43,419 nt of DNA from Octopus bimaculoides (GCF_001194135.2 NC_068981.1:75692306-75735724), one strand, 5' to 3'; positions 14,221 through 26,748 are shown, counted from the first letter of the stretch. The notes: a model not told the origin generated them from the letters alone. Made by a program: numbers and translations.

Positions 14221-14316
14221 TATCTTTACTACCTCTGAAGAGATTCATATTATAATGATATTAATTTCATAAATTAATTATCTAAAGATTACTGAATTGA
14301 AACACCTGTCAGAGAC
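14221..14316 (+). ncRNA. Type I minimal hammerhead ribozyme motif (right arm)
   Basis: CU, CUGAAGA (14235-14241), stem II GAUUC/GAAUU with 47-nt loop, GAAA (14299-14302), CACCUGUC with predicted cleavage after C14310, then AGAG. One substitution in the palindromic stem III. Confidence 0.7.
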
Positions 14317-14377
14317 TTTGTCATATTTTATAATTAGTAAATATTTTTTTTAATTGCCTCTCCATTTTCGCCTTATT

Positions 14378-14418
<41 letters not shown>

Positions 14419-17400
14419 TATATATCTGCATGCACATATATATATATATGTTATATATATATGCATATATACGTACATANNNNNNNNNNNNNNNNNNNNN
14501 NNNNNNNNNNNNNNNNNNNNNNNNNATATATATATATATATATATATACATACATACATATACACACATATATATATGTGTGCGCGTGTGTTTACATGTA
14601 CGGTACGTACATATATACATGCATATATATGCATATATATATTGCTAGGCACCCAAACAATCATTGTAGACATATCGAACATTTCAATTTACCATGTTGT
14701 ATCTTGCGTTTAGTTTCCTCTGAATTGAAACAGAAAATTCTTTGTGGTGGATGAGTATATGATGTCCTTTTTGTTTCTTTATTAAATTTTGGTTGAGTAT
14801 TTTCTCGTTAATTTCCTTTGCTATACTGTTACAAGGTTCTATTGTTTAGTTTTATTTTTTATCGTTTTTTCCTCCTCCACTGTTCAATTGTTAGAACATA
14901 AAAATGTTGCTATCATCTTTTTTCCATCCAAAGTGTTGGACACTTCTCTTTCTCAAGGGAAATCGAACTGGTTTATATATTTGTTTAATATTCCTGTGTT
15001 AATAGGCAGCAGATGAAAGCAACTGCTCTCCGTACATTTATTTTTCATCCGTCGGTGATCCGATTTACAGATATCATTTTTTTTTGTTTCCATTCGCTAC
15101 TGCTTGTAAAACAAATTAATGCCGTTGTGCATGCAATATCAAAGAAATGAAGTGTACATTTTTTAGTTTGGAGGAGATCTGTGTGAAGGTATAGCTATTG
15201 AGAAAATGAAGTATAGCATGCAAGAATCAAAAATAAACAAAAGACTGTTACTTTCCTGAACAGTGAGAGTAAACTGATATGAAAATATTGATAAAATATG
15301 TAGTAGCTATATACAGGTGTTCAGTTCTGGTGGAAAATGTAAATTAAACCAAATTCTTGTTATGGTCGTCGTTGGGAACTGTCAATTACTCATGCACAAA
15401 CACCCCATTAACACACGAACACGTACATCTATACACATATGCACACATACATCTACACACACACACACACACACACAAACAGACATAATTATTATGTGTT
15501 TTTACTGTAAAAGAACAAGTAAGGCAAAATACAAATATTTACTGGTGATAGTACTCTAAACGTTTAGTAGAGTCAAATTTGCTAATCGGGTTAGAACTGA
15601 GTGTGACTTCAAATATCACAGTCGATGCTTGTTTCCTAATATGTAACTTGAACGTACTGAACGCAAACATCATAAATTCCTACAAACATACATATACATA
15701 CAGTCACACACACATACACAAACACACACACACAGACATAGACACGCACACACGTACAGACATACACCTATATATANNNNNNNNNNNNNNNNNNNNNNNN
15801 NNNNNNNNNNNNNNNNNNNNNNNATATATATATATATATACCAAACAGTGCAGCACACTGTATACATATACATCGTTAGAAAGCCTGAAGCCGTGGAATT
15901 CTGAGATAAAATCTCTTTGTAATCTAGTTGTTAAAACCACAATGTATCCGAGGGAGACGAACATTACAAGAATGGAAGATATTTTTCGCTCTTGAAGAAG
16001 CTAGTCAATGTGGATATGATTTTCACCTGCTTAAATGAAATTCGTGCCTCGCCGTGTATAGGTAACAGTGAATATGTATAAATATCACAACCTAACCGTA
16101 GTGTCTCAACATCAAAAGTGTCCTTAAATTACACTGCTCCATTGATCTTAAAGGGACATCATCGAGATTAGTTTCTTCACGGTTTGTACGTGCGTATTCT
16201 CCTTGCACTTAATTTAAAAGCATCATAAAGTTCCATAGATGAAAGAAGATGCTCTGAGTTCCATCAAAATCACACTTTTGATAAATACAATTTGAAATAG
16301 ATAACATTCACTATTATCCAACACCAAAACCCCAGGACAATTTTTATTTACCGTCATATTGATATAGAATACGATATATTTCAGAAAATGCAAGACATAT
16401 TAATCGTGAAGTGATTGTTAACTAAAACAGACCATATTGAAATAGTTATCAAGAAGCACATATAAGAAAATATCGTATTTACTGTCATCAGACATTCTTT
16501 TAAATATTTCAAAAAATATAGCTGAAGATATGAAAGACGAACATGACACTGGAATGTACAAGGGTGAGAGTAAATGTTGTATGATTTTGGCCAGATGAGA
16601 TAAGTATTTCACTGTAGCTAAATATTTTCATATATAGAATCCATTTCTTCTTCAAAAAAAATTAAATCAGCAATATTCCCAAGAAAAGAAAAAAAAAATT
16701 CTTATTTGAAGTGTTTTGCTTGCACGCAACTTAAAAATCAGCATTCCAGTTCACATTTCTTATTTCCTATTCGGAAGATATTTTTAATTACTAGTAATTG
16801 ATGATAATAACAAACAATATAATCACGATGAGTAGCCCACATGTTCAGCGTGCGATACAAAACACATAAAAATAAAATTTATATTCACAGAGGTTATTTA
16901 TAAAATTAGGTGTTATTAATTTATTTTCCGCCAGCAATCATGCCAGCATGCAACATAGGTGTTGAGACCGGTAAAACAGAATTATAAATTAATTGCATCG
17001 ATTATTGAATCCAAACGCAACAACAGCACAATTTCACATGCAGAATATTAATAACTATTTAAACTATCGTATAATATTTTTCCAGTTACCGTACAAGAGG
17101 GGAAACTCAGCCATTGAACATATGTGAGATTCAAGTGACAATATACATATTTACGCTCGAGAATACTCACACACACACACACATACACACATGCACAACA
17201 TACACATATAAATTAGAATATATGTACATTCCTTACTTTTGTACATTCGTTGATACAATAATTTATTTAATTACAATGATTATGTTTTTCATATACTAAA
17301 CTTTATATCAGCTTTTATAGCATTTATTCTTACCTGTCTTTCCTCAACTTCTGCTGTCCATTCTTATTTTATTCCTCTTAATTTCCAATTAGAAATCTCC

Positions 17401-18004
17401 GACTGTTCTTTTAACATCGCATGCTAATTTAAAATAAATATTGTAACTTTTATGATGCACTACAAAGGAGCAAAATAAAATTACGATCATTCAATGATTA
17501 TTTCGTTCTACAAAAAAGATGGCTGAAAAACATCTCTGATGACATCAAAGGGCCACAATACGCTTGATTTTGTATCACACGTTATAGACTACAGAAAGGG
17601 AGTGTAATTTGTGATTTGAATTTTAGTGGAATAAATGCTGGTTTCTCTCAGCTAAAAACGTTGGCTACCAGAAATGTAACATAAATTATATTAAAAAGGA
17701 TTGTTGTGTGTGTGTATGTGTGTATGTGTGTGTGAGTGTGTACGGGCACATGCCTATTAAAATACGTAAATGTATACACATACGCAGACAGACAGATACA
17801 CACTCACACCATACATATGGGATCAAGAAGTAGATAAATCGCAGGAGTATGTTGAAGTGGGCTAAGCAGAGAAAGTTTCTAAGCCTAGGGCTCATAAATA
17901 CAGACAACGGCAGAAAGAATTTGAGTGGAGAAGAGAGGTGAAAGGTCAAAAGATTACAATCTGTGCACAACATAACATCTTGCATACACACACGCGAGCA
18001 CACG

Positions 18005-18047
<43 letters not shown>

Positions 18048-18185
18048 TTGTCAGTAAAGTTTAGTTGGCATACAGACAGAAACACAGACTTATGTATATA
18101 TTAATTTGTGCACTCCCCAAAGGCTCTCACAGAAACATCTATATAAAGTCCTGCATATATATATGTGTGTGTGTGCGTGCACACA

Positions 18186-18548
18186 TAAAACACCGCCATG
18201 GAAGGTTTAGTCCAATAAATCACTCACCATATAAATTTTTTCTAAGCCATCTACTATTTCTAACGATGCCTCTTTGCCGAATCGCTATATACGGAGAGTT
18301 GACAAACCAACGTCGGTTGTCGAGCGGTAATGCGGATAGACATAACCAAAAGTACACAGACGCACACACATATAACAGACATGCTTCTTTCAGTTTCCGT
18401 GCACCAAATTCAATCAAAAAGTTTGAGTCCACCTGGAGCTGTAATATACGGCACTTGCCAAACAAGAAAAAGAAAAAGCCACGTAGTGGAACTGAACCCA
18501 GAACTATGTGGTTGTAAAGAAACTTCTTACCATACTGCCACGCCTGCA
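18186..18548 (-). mobile_element. SINE family B, degenerate copy
   Basis: Minus strand TGCAGGCGTGGCAGTATGGTAAG...GGGTTCAGTTCCACTACGTGGC head; downstream segments align with 38912-39315. Confidence 0.75.
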
Positions 18549-19154
18549 TCATTCGGCAATAAAAATAAAACGCCTGTAAACTTGAACGAATCAAGATATC
18601 ACAAATAACAAACAAATGTACAGTATTTATATTTCAAATGATTTGGTTGTGATATACCAAACTAGTATACCTATAAAAAATATATGTGACTATTGTAATG
18701 TGATAGAAATTTCATTTCGTAAATTACATTTCACTTCAAAAAGATTAATGACTATTCATAGTTTTACCTATATGTCTTGGAATTTATTAAATATTATGAA
18801 AAAATGTTGTTCTATTATGAAGTATAATGAAACAAACAAGTAATTATATTCAGCCTAAAACTTTCCAATAATATACAAACCGGGACCAAAAAATACAGTA
18901 ATGCTGATAATCTAATACTTTATACAATTCATCAAGTGTTTCCTTCGTAATATATTATATAAATACATTTTCAATATCTTTTAGAATGTACAGCCCTATA
19001 CAAATTATAATCTTCAATCAAAATAGACAGATTTAATTTGAAAATAAAGATATGTCACAATTGACTCATATTAATAGGTACATACGTATACACTGTCAAA
19101 ACGCATATAGACAAACACTCATACATCTATAGTGACAGTATGGATGGATGAATA

Positions 19155-19196
19155 TATATTATTATTATTAATATTATTATTATTATGATTATTTTT

Positions 19197-19230
<34 letters not shown>

Positions 19231-19231
19231 A

Positions 19232-19266
<35 letters not shown>

Positions 19267-19279
19267 ACATCATCATTAA

Positions 19280-19328
<49 letters not shown>

Positions 19329-19368
19329 AGCAGCATCAACATCATCATTAACATCATCATCATCATCA
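19155..19368. repeat. Compound (ATT)n/(CAT)n/(CAG)n microsatellite
   Basis: Direct reading; the variant CATCAACATCATCATTAACATCATCAT occurs twice. Confidence 0.95.
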
Positions 19369-19574
19369 TCTCCGACACCTTTTTTTTTAAACCTGTATAT
19401 GCTATGCATATGTTCTCTTGTTTTTCAATGTATACCGCGTATACTTACTTTCCTTTTTAGCACTTCATTATATATAAACTCCTACACTTTATTGTCTTCG
19501 CATTGCCCCGCCCCATCCTTTGCCTATGTGGCAAATAAATGAAATCATTCTCCTTCTTTTTCTTATTATAATTA

Positions 19575-20132
19575 TTGAATGAGAGAACAGTGTATGCCTA
19601 CAAACTGACACTAGGGTAAAATATACGAAGCTCAGTATACCCATCATGACTACTCGTCTGATAAGTGTAAATGAAGCACATGCATTTCAGCCATATGTGC
19701 GCGACTTGGTCATCTCATATCAAGATAAACAGCACATGACATTGCAGGTGGGGCCAAGTTAGAATTTTCTTCAGGTCGAGTAGCCCATCTTGCTCAAAAG
19801 ATCCCCGAATAAGGGTTGTTTCAGGATTTTGAATGAAACCCCCATGTTTCCAAAAGTGAATTATCCAAACGCCAAAGAATTCTTTTAAACACATGGCTAC
19901 GATGCTCCCCCACTACTTCTGCTCGTGATCAGTAATGCACATATCGTCAGCCACTAAAGGACATGCTCAACTGGTTAAAGTCAAACAACTGACAAGCAAA
20001 TCTATAGTATTGAGTTGAATATTTGCTGTAGCCCATCTTTTATGCCAAGGCAAAACAATGTACATGATAACACTTTCAATCAGTTAAGATTAGAAGCCAT
20101 GAGAGCCACTGCCTGGCACTGCATCATGGCAT
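19575..20132 (-). mobile_element. Unclassified interspersed repeat (family D), long copy
   Basis: 19580-19860 is the reverse complement of 26450-26745. Bounded by (TTA)n at 20140-20280 and a short ATT-rich tail near 19565. Confidence 0.7.
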
Positions 20133-20139
20133 TTAATTA

Positions 20140-20157
20140 TAGTTGTTGCTGTTCTTG

Positions 20158-20215
<58 letters not shown>

Positions 20216-20280
20216 CATCATCATCATTATCATTATTATTCTTATTCTTCTTATTATTATGATTATTATCATTATTATTC
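20140..20280. repeat. (TTG)/(TTA)n/(TCA) microsatellite
   Basis: Direct reading. Confidence 0.95.
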
Positions 20281-22399
20281 GTCTTTTTGTTTTAGGTAAG
20301 TACAGCGTTTGTTGAGGCTAAAACAATGAAATCTAATTATGTTATATGTGAGTACAATGGAATTTTTCTTTGTCTTCTAAGTTGAGGATAACAAAAATAA
20401 ATAAAAAAAGAATATCTCTTCATTTAAATTCTATATTTTCCTCGTACACCTCGTTTAATTAAATCGTTAATATGAATTTGGTTTCGCTGAGCACTAATGT
20501 ACAATTTCTTCCGAATTTCTATGCATAATCTTCAAATCTGTTCCCAAGATTTATATGAGAGAGACAATGCTTCCAGTGGATAAGCTGTATCCTTATGATT
20601 CATTTTAAAGTATTTTAGTGAGTTTAAGCCACATTGGTATGAGTACTATTTAGCTTCCGAAATCATGGGAAAGAAATTCATTTGGCGCTATAATTCATTT
20701 TTGCCTTTCATTTATCTAAATAATTACCGTACAGCACTCCTACGTTTTTCTTCTTTTATTTTTTGTCCATTTCTTGCTAGGGTTGAAGGCCTTAATAACT
20801 AGCTAGATTCGATAGTTCGTGTCTCCAAAACTATTATGGAATTTTGTTGATAAAGTATTCTCCATGTAAAACCTCCTCCATTATGGAAAAGTTGTGTATA
20901 TAGTGAGAATCTTAATGTAAATTTATCTTACTTTCATACATTTTGGGCAGTTGATGTGGGATAAAATACAACTCATATTTACTTAGTTTCTTAAGGTAAA
21001 TATAGAAATGCTTGATTTGAGCTATACGTACAATTCAAGTAATATAGCATTAACTTGCTTTATATTTATGTGACGATTGTGCTGTTGCACGCTCTGTTTT
21101 TTACACACCATACAAATGAAATGCATTCAATTATGACAGATTAAATATTGAATCGTAATGAATAGCACTCAGAAGCTCAGCCTTTATTTCTTTGTACTTT
21201 CAACCGTGATTACTAAGGTGTCTTCTGTTTAGAAATCCTCAGCACAACCTACATACTTAGGTCCACTCGACCTACATACACTCCTCTCCCACTTTTATTG
21301 TTGCCGTGTTGACTTTCTAAGCCTTACAGTAAATATTCTACTCTCCTCTTAGAGTTAAAACTTCTAGAATATTCTAAAAAAAAATTATTTTAAACATTTT
21401 TCATACAAGTGTTCGAGATAGAAAGCAACTGCATCGGTTGCCCGTGTCCAAAAGCATGATCAGTCGTAATGGACTCTGGCTGACATACAAGATAAAACAT
21501 GGGCATTTAAAAAATGAGGTTATATAGGTAAGGAGGCTTTGCTAGGTATGAAAGAAGAATAGTAAATTAGATAATAAGTGAGATACTGAGATAAGGAATC
21601 AAATGGTCAGGTATAGTTTCAATGATAGATCTTTAATGTAATAACGCCATAATTAATAAGCTCTAACATTGAACAATCTAATATTCCAAGGAAGATTTCA
21701 TGTTGCAGTAGACGAATAAAAGGAAAATATGGATTGAATAAATGATACCACTCTCTATTTAAAAACACTACCCTGTTGTGGAATATGCTATTAACACATT
21801 AAGTGATGAAACTTGCTCAGAGTTAAAAATATATTGTCTCTCGATGATGAAAAAATATTATTATTAAAAATATCACGTTATATGTTCAATAAATTTTAGT
21901 AACAGATTGATCACAGATAATGATATAGAATTTTCAGGATTATATATACCTGAAGTTTGAATCAATCATGAAACGCTGCAGAATATAATAACTCAATGAT
22001 GATGTGATTCCTAACTTCCAGTTTGAATTTTATTGCCGTTAAAGGTAACTAAAATATAAGTTACTCTTTTGAAGAACCGACATATATACACATTACGGTA
22101 GATTTTAACGCACAACCGAAGCCGGTGTTGCAAATTATGAAAGACGCATTTTTCTTCTAATTTAACTACTATCGTTCAGATTTCGTGAGTAGTAAATTAA
22201 TATGCAGAATTCTTCCTTATCATTATACCTCCTTCGCTGCTACTGCTATCACTAACGCCAGTAGCTTTCAAAACGAGGTAACAAAAGGGCGTCTATATGG
22301 TTGGTAGTTTAGCTAGAAATATAAACTAAATCTTTCACACTTCAGACACCATTATCACAAAACTTGAACATTTCACTCCATGATTTAGCATGGGAAATA

Positions 22400-22640
22400 T
22401 AAAAAGAGAAGTTGCTTGTAACTGGAATGGCTTGGATCGTATGTCTCTTCCTTCAGTGGTGACTTATCATTGAACAACAACAATTACCATTAAGTTCAAA
22501 TTTAAGGCCAATGAGTGTCTCTATGCAGTCGCATGTTCAACGAACAATACTAAATTTCCCTCAAATTACACATTAACACTAATTTAAGAAAAACAAAAAG
22601 CAATACGATAATCAAAATCATGCATTTCAGATAATAGGGG
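22400..22640 (+). repeat. Probable fragments of another old dispersed repeat
   Basis: Motif TTTCCCTCAAATTACAC has weak look-alikes near 5890, 16120 and 17605 (minus). Family assignment rests on recollection only. Confidence 0.25.
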
Positions 22641-23126
22641 ATTTTTTTGACTCAGGCATTTTTAATCATGTTTTTCCTTGCTGAAATCTAAATTCTAGTT
22701 GAAATAAAGCTAAAACTGAAATATTAAAGCGAAATTAAAATTACTCTTAATATAAAAATGAAGTTGGTTATTTCTCAAATGCAAACAAACTCTCAACAAT
22801 GAACGTGAGGAAGGAGAGTAATACACGGGAGAAAATAAGATATTAAAAAAGAAAAATTAAAAAAAACATAAGAACTGGGATAATAATTCGATGGAAGCGT
22901 TTTACTTTGTCGCCACTACACAGAAATAGGCGTCAAGCCAAGATTTGTTACCTTGTAAAGAAGTCATTTCTTTAACATAAGATCTTTTCAACATGACATT
23001 ATTATCTTAGGTTTATCTAATGATTAATGGTTTATCGATAAGATTTGTGATTTCATTACTTCATGTTCATTCCGCATGAGAGTGGTAAATCAAATCGAAT
23101 AGTTTCACTTGCATGTTCTCTGCCTT

Positions 23127-23129
<3 letters not shown>

Positions 23130-23188
<59 letters not shown>

Positions 23189-23190
23189 AC
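23130..23190. repeat. (CT)n microsatellite
   Basis: Direct reading. Confidence 0.95.
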
Positions 23191-23425
23191 TCTCACGCAC
23201 ATACTCACAAAGACAAAGAATATGTGACTGTTTGTGTGTGTATATATATATATCTATATATATATATATATATATATATAATATGGGTTGCTTAATATAT
23301 GTATAGATGTATTAATGTATAAACAGACACAGACATACACACTGACACACAAAACGCAAACACACACATGCATATATATAAATAGAATATGCACGCACCT
23401 ATATCCCTGTGTATGTGTGCATGTG

Positions 23426-23457
<32 letters not shown>

Positions 23458-23769
23458 NNNNNNNNNNNNNNNNNNNNNNNNNNNNNNNNNNNNNNNNNNN
23501 NNNNNNNNNNNNNNNNNNNNNNNNNNNNNNNNNNNNNNNNNNNNNNNNNNNNNNNNNNNNNNNNNNNNNNNNNNNNNNNNNNNNNNNNNNNNNNNNNNNN
23601 NNNNNNNNNNNNNNNNNNNNNNNNNNNNNNNNNNNNNNNNNNNNNNNNNNNNNNNNNNNNNNNNNNNNNNNNNNNNNNNNNNNNNNNNNNNNNNNNNNTA
23701 TATATATGTATGTATGTGTGTGTGTGTGCGTGTGCGTGTGTTTGTGTGTGTGTGTGTATGTGTATGTTT

Positions 23770-23980
23770 GTGTGTCTGTGTTTGACCCTCCCCCCTGCAT
23801 TGCTTAACAACCGATGCTGGTGAATTTACGTCTCCGTAACTTAGCGGTTCGGCAAAAAGAGATCCGATAGAATAAGTACTAGGCTTACAGCAAATAAGTC
23901 CTGGGGCCGATTTGCATGACTAAAGACGGTGCTCCAGCATGGCCAGTGTCAGATGACTGAAACAAGTAAAAGAATAAAAA
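23770..23980 (+). mobile_element. SINE family B, 3' half
   Basis: ACAACCGATGCTGGTG...GGTGCTCCAGCATGGCC...GACTGAAACAAGTAAAAG aligns with 39140-39315. Confidence 0.85.
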
Positions 23981-24029
23981 ATATATCCAGAATGAGAAAG
24001 GGAGAAGACAATTTAGTGGATAGTGCGTC

Positions 24030-24083
<54 letters not shown>

Positions 24084-24194
24084 GTAGTACTGCTGCTGCT
24101 GCTGTTACTACTGCTGCTGCTGCTGCCACTACTACTACTACTACTAATACTAATACTACTACTGCTGCTGCTGCCGCTTTGGCTGCTGCTGCTG

Positions 24195-24262
<68 letters not shown>

Positions 24263-24278
24263 GCTGCTACTACTACCT
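24030..24278. repeat. Compound (TAC)n/(TGC)n microsatellite
   Basis: Direct reading. Confidence 0.95.
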
Positions 24279-24444
24279 ATAACAGAAAGAAGAAGAACTC
24301 AATAAATATTAGTTGGTGTACGATTCACTACAGGAGTCGAGTCGGCAGGGAAAAGTGCAGAAAAATGTCGGCTCAGTATTTTAACTGCGAGAAAATTCGG
24401 AACATTGTTTTGCCCAGAAGGAAGTCCAGTGACGATGAGAATTT

Positions 24445-24614
24445 AAATACATTGATTACATTGACTCCAGTGTTCAACTGGTACTTATTCTATCGACCCT
24501 TAAATGATGAAAGTCAATGTAGGCCTTGGCAAAATTTCAATTCAGAGTGTAAAGACGGAGGAGATGCCACTAAGCATTTCGCCCGGGATGCTAATGATTC
24601 TACCAGCTCACCCC
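24445..24614 (-). mobile_element. SINE family A, diverged
   Basis: AAGCATTTCGCCCGGGATGCTAATGATTCTACCAGCTC matches the reverse complement of the family A head. Confidence 0.75.
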
Positions 24615-24617
24615 TTG

Positions 24618-24685
<68 letters not shown>

Positions 24686-24687
<2 letters not shown>

Positions 24688-24809
24688 GCAAAACACTTTC
24701 AATACAGTAACCATAAGAGCATCGCAGCAAACCACAGCACATACCCAAGACACACAGAGCTGCGCTCGGTAGTGAAGTGAAAGCACGTTATAAAAATTAA
24801 ACTACTGAA
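24686..24809 (+). mobile_element. R4/Dong-like LINE, 124-bp 3' stub
   Basis: About 6-7 differences from 27858-27981 by eye; (AAT)n arrays on both sides. Confidence 0.9.
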
Positions 24810-24861
24810 CAATAATAATAACAACAACAACAACAACAACAACAATAGTAATAATAATAAT

Positions 24862-25005
24862 AATTGTCGCACAAGGACAGAAAGTTCGGTGGGAGGACTA
24901 AGTCAATGAAATCGATCTCAGAGCTCAATTGATATTTATTTTATCGACTCCGAAAGGGTGAATGGCGAAGTCGCCCCTAGCTGAATTTGAACCCAGAACA
25001 CGTAA
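24862..25005 (-). mobile_element. SINE family A, partial
   Basis: Body through reverse-complemented box B (GAATTTGAACCCAGAAC). Confidence 0.65.
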
Positions 25006-25529
25006 AGACAGCCTTAAAAATATCTGTCGCATAGTCAGGCTGTGGTTGACTAATTCACCAACGTTACCAAAGTTGTTTAGCAAAGAGGTAGTGATGGCCT
25101 GACAGTGACAGGTTTTGCTGGCCTGAGGCCTAAAACAAAACCTGTCACTAAGTGGGTGTATAAAGTGGATTCAATAAATACACAACTTACATATACTAAA
25201 TCCGTGGTGAAGGCAATCTTTCTATGATAGGGAAAACTCTATAATGAAAGTAATATATGATATTCAAAAAGTAGCGGTTTGATGTCCAGCAAGGAGTGAT
25301 AGTCATCATATGGTAGGATGTGATCTTGAGACGTGGGCAAACAATCTTCCAAGGGATGGTGTCTCGCTAAAAGCACTACGAGAAAGAACAAATGCTATGG
25401 AATCGAAAAATAGATGTTGAATACAAATGAAACGAATAATACTGTAAATGGGGTGTGAAAGAATGACAGGTGGATAAGGAGAGGTAAGGAAGGCTCCTGG
25501 AGTTTGATCGTCAAACTTCTGGTCAGAAT

Positions 25530-26230
25530 GGACATAGGTGGAAATGGATAAAGACGATCAATAAATTGTTATGAAGTATTGTATTAGAAGTGAACCAAGC
25601 AGAAGGGGTTACAGACACAGGATGAAACTAATATGTGAGGGAAAAGGTCTTATCAAGGTCACTGGACAAAGGTTAGCTGATCAGGTTAGAGCAATTAGAA
25701 CTAATAAATGGCTGACTGAAATTGAAATTGAGGAAATCAGAATAAAAGTTGGAAATCAACCTGAAGAAGAAGAAGGGGAAGAGGCTGCTCAAGTCACAGA
25801 AAGTAGTCGGAGACGAATTAGAATTACTTCAAACGACTGATGAAATAATAATTAAAATGCATAAGTAACACAGTTACATGAAGAAAAAGTACACTGTTTA
25901 GATAAAAGTTCTGGAAAAATGCAACAAGATTCTGCGGAAATTGTATCGAACATATATTGATAACAATACGCTGAGACTCGAAACATAAAACTTATATGGC
26001 ATACTATCAATAGTTTCAAAGCAAAACCTAGAAATAAAAAATACATAAAACACACTACAACCGAGGAAAATATTTTGATACTCACCAGTGGATATGTAGT
26101 AACAAATAGTAGAAGAGGGCTTTTGTAGAAGTTTGTATTGAAATTGAGGACAGTTTAAACAAGTAAAGGTTCTTACAGGGAATCCTATTAAAGGAATCAC
26201 TGAAAACAAATAACAAGGCTAAAGCCGTGA
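25530..26230 (+). mobile_element. R4/Dong-like LINE, decayed N-terminal ORF region
   Basis: ORF 25571-25840 MKYCIRSEPSRRGYRHRM...TGQRLADQVRAIRTNKWLTEIEIEEI fits the GY..RM...QRLADQ.R.I....WL N-terminal pattern I associate with R4/Dong ORFs. Downstream part is stop-ridden, so the right boundary is approximate. Confidence 0.65.
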
Positions 26231-26302
26231 CACATGATGACTATCAAGAGTAGAATTGAAAGAAACCCTTACAATAGCAACTTTCACGAGCAGCGGTTGA
26301 TG

Positions 26303-26320
26303 TTAGGGTTAGGGTTAGGG
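26303..26320 (+). repeat. (TTAGGG)3 telomere-like repeat
   Basis: Three perfect units. Confidence 0.8.
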
Positions 26321-26449
26321 GGGATTGGTTAAAAACACGAAATTTAAGAAAAGAAAACAAACTAATCATACTCTAGCGACTGCACAGGATCTTCCTCTTA
26401 CAATAAACTCCAAGTGTAGACAGGTTTTTGAGAAACGAGATCTATGATG

Positions 26450-26748
26450 AAACGGTAGCCTATTTGGTGTTTCGTTCATCATCCTTAAACAACCCTTATT
26501 CAGAGGCTTTTTGATTGAGATGTGCTACTCAACCTGAATAAAATTTTAACTTGGCCCCCGCTGCAAGATCATTTACTTGTTTATCTTGATATAAGATCAC
26601 GATATCACACGATATGGTTGTGATGCCTGTGCCCGATCTACCCATATCAGACGTATAGTCATGATAGGTATATTAGGTATCGTATATTTGAACCTTTCGG
26701 TCAATTTGATGGCATTTGTTGCTCTCTCAACACAATAAAAATAATAAT
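26450..26748 (+). mobile_element. Family D, 3' part
   Basis: Reverse complement of 19580-19860; ends CTCTCTCAACACAATAAAAATAATAATAAT. Confidence 0.7.

Larger units (their letters stand above)
13989..14382. repeat. Long imperfect inverted repeat (fold-back), probably Penelope-like pLTR-derived
   Basis: Arms 13989-14180 and 14193-14382 are reverse complements around a 12-nt spacer CAGTTGCTGGCA. The inner ~70 bp are nearly perfect. (TA)n tracts at 13922-13942 and from 14381. Confidence 0.92.

Noticed and set aside
19119-19460. Poly-D, poly-M and poly-I ORFs
   Set aside because: A (CAT)n microsatellite open in several frames.
24023-24772. 249-aa ORF, the longest without Ns
   Set aside because: A chance read-through of (TAC)n, an antisense SINE, (AAT)n and a LINE stub; no domain.
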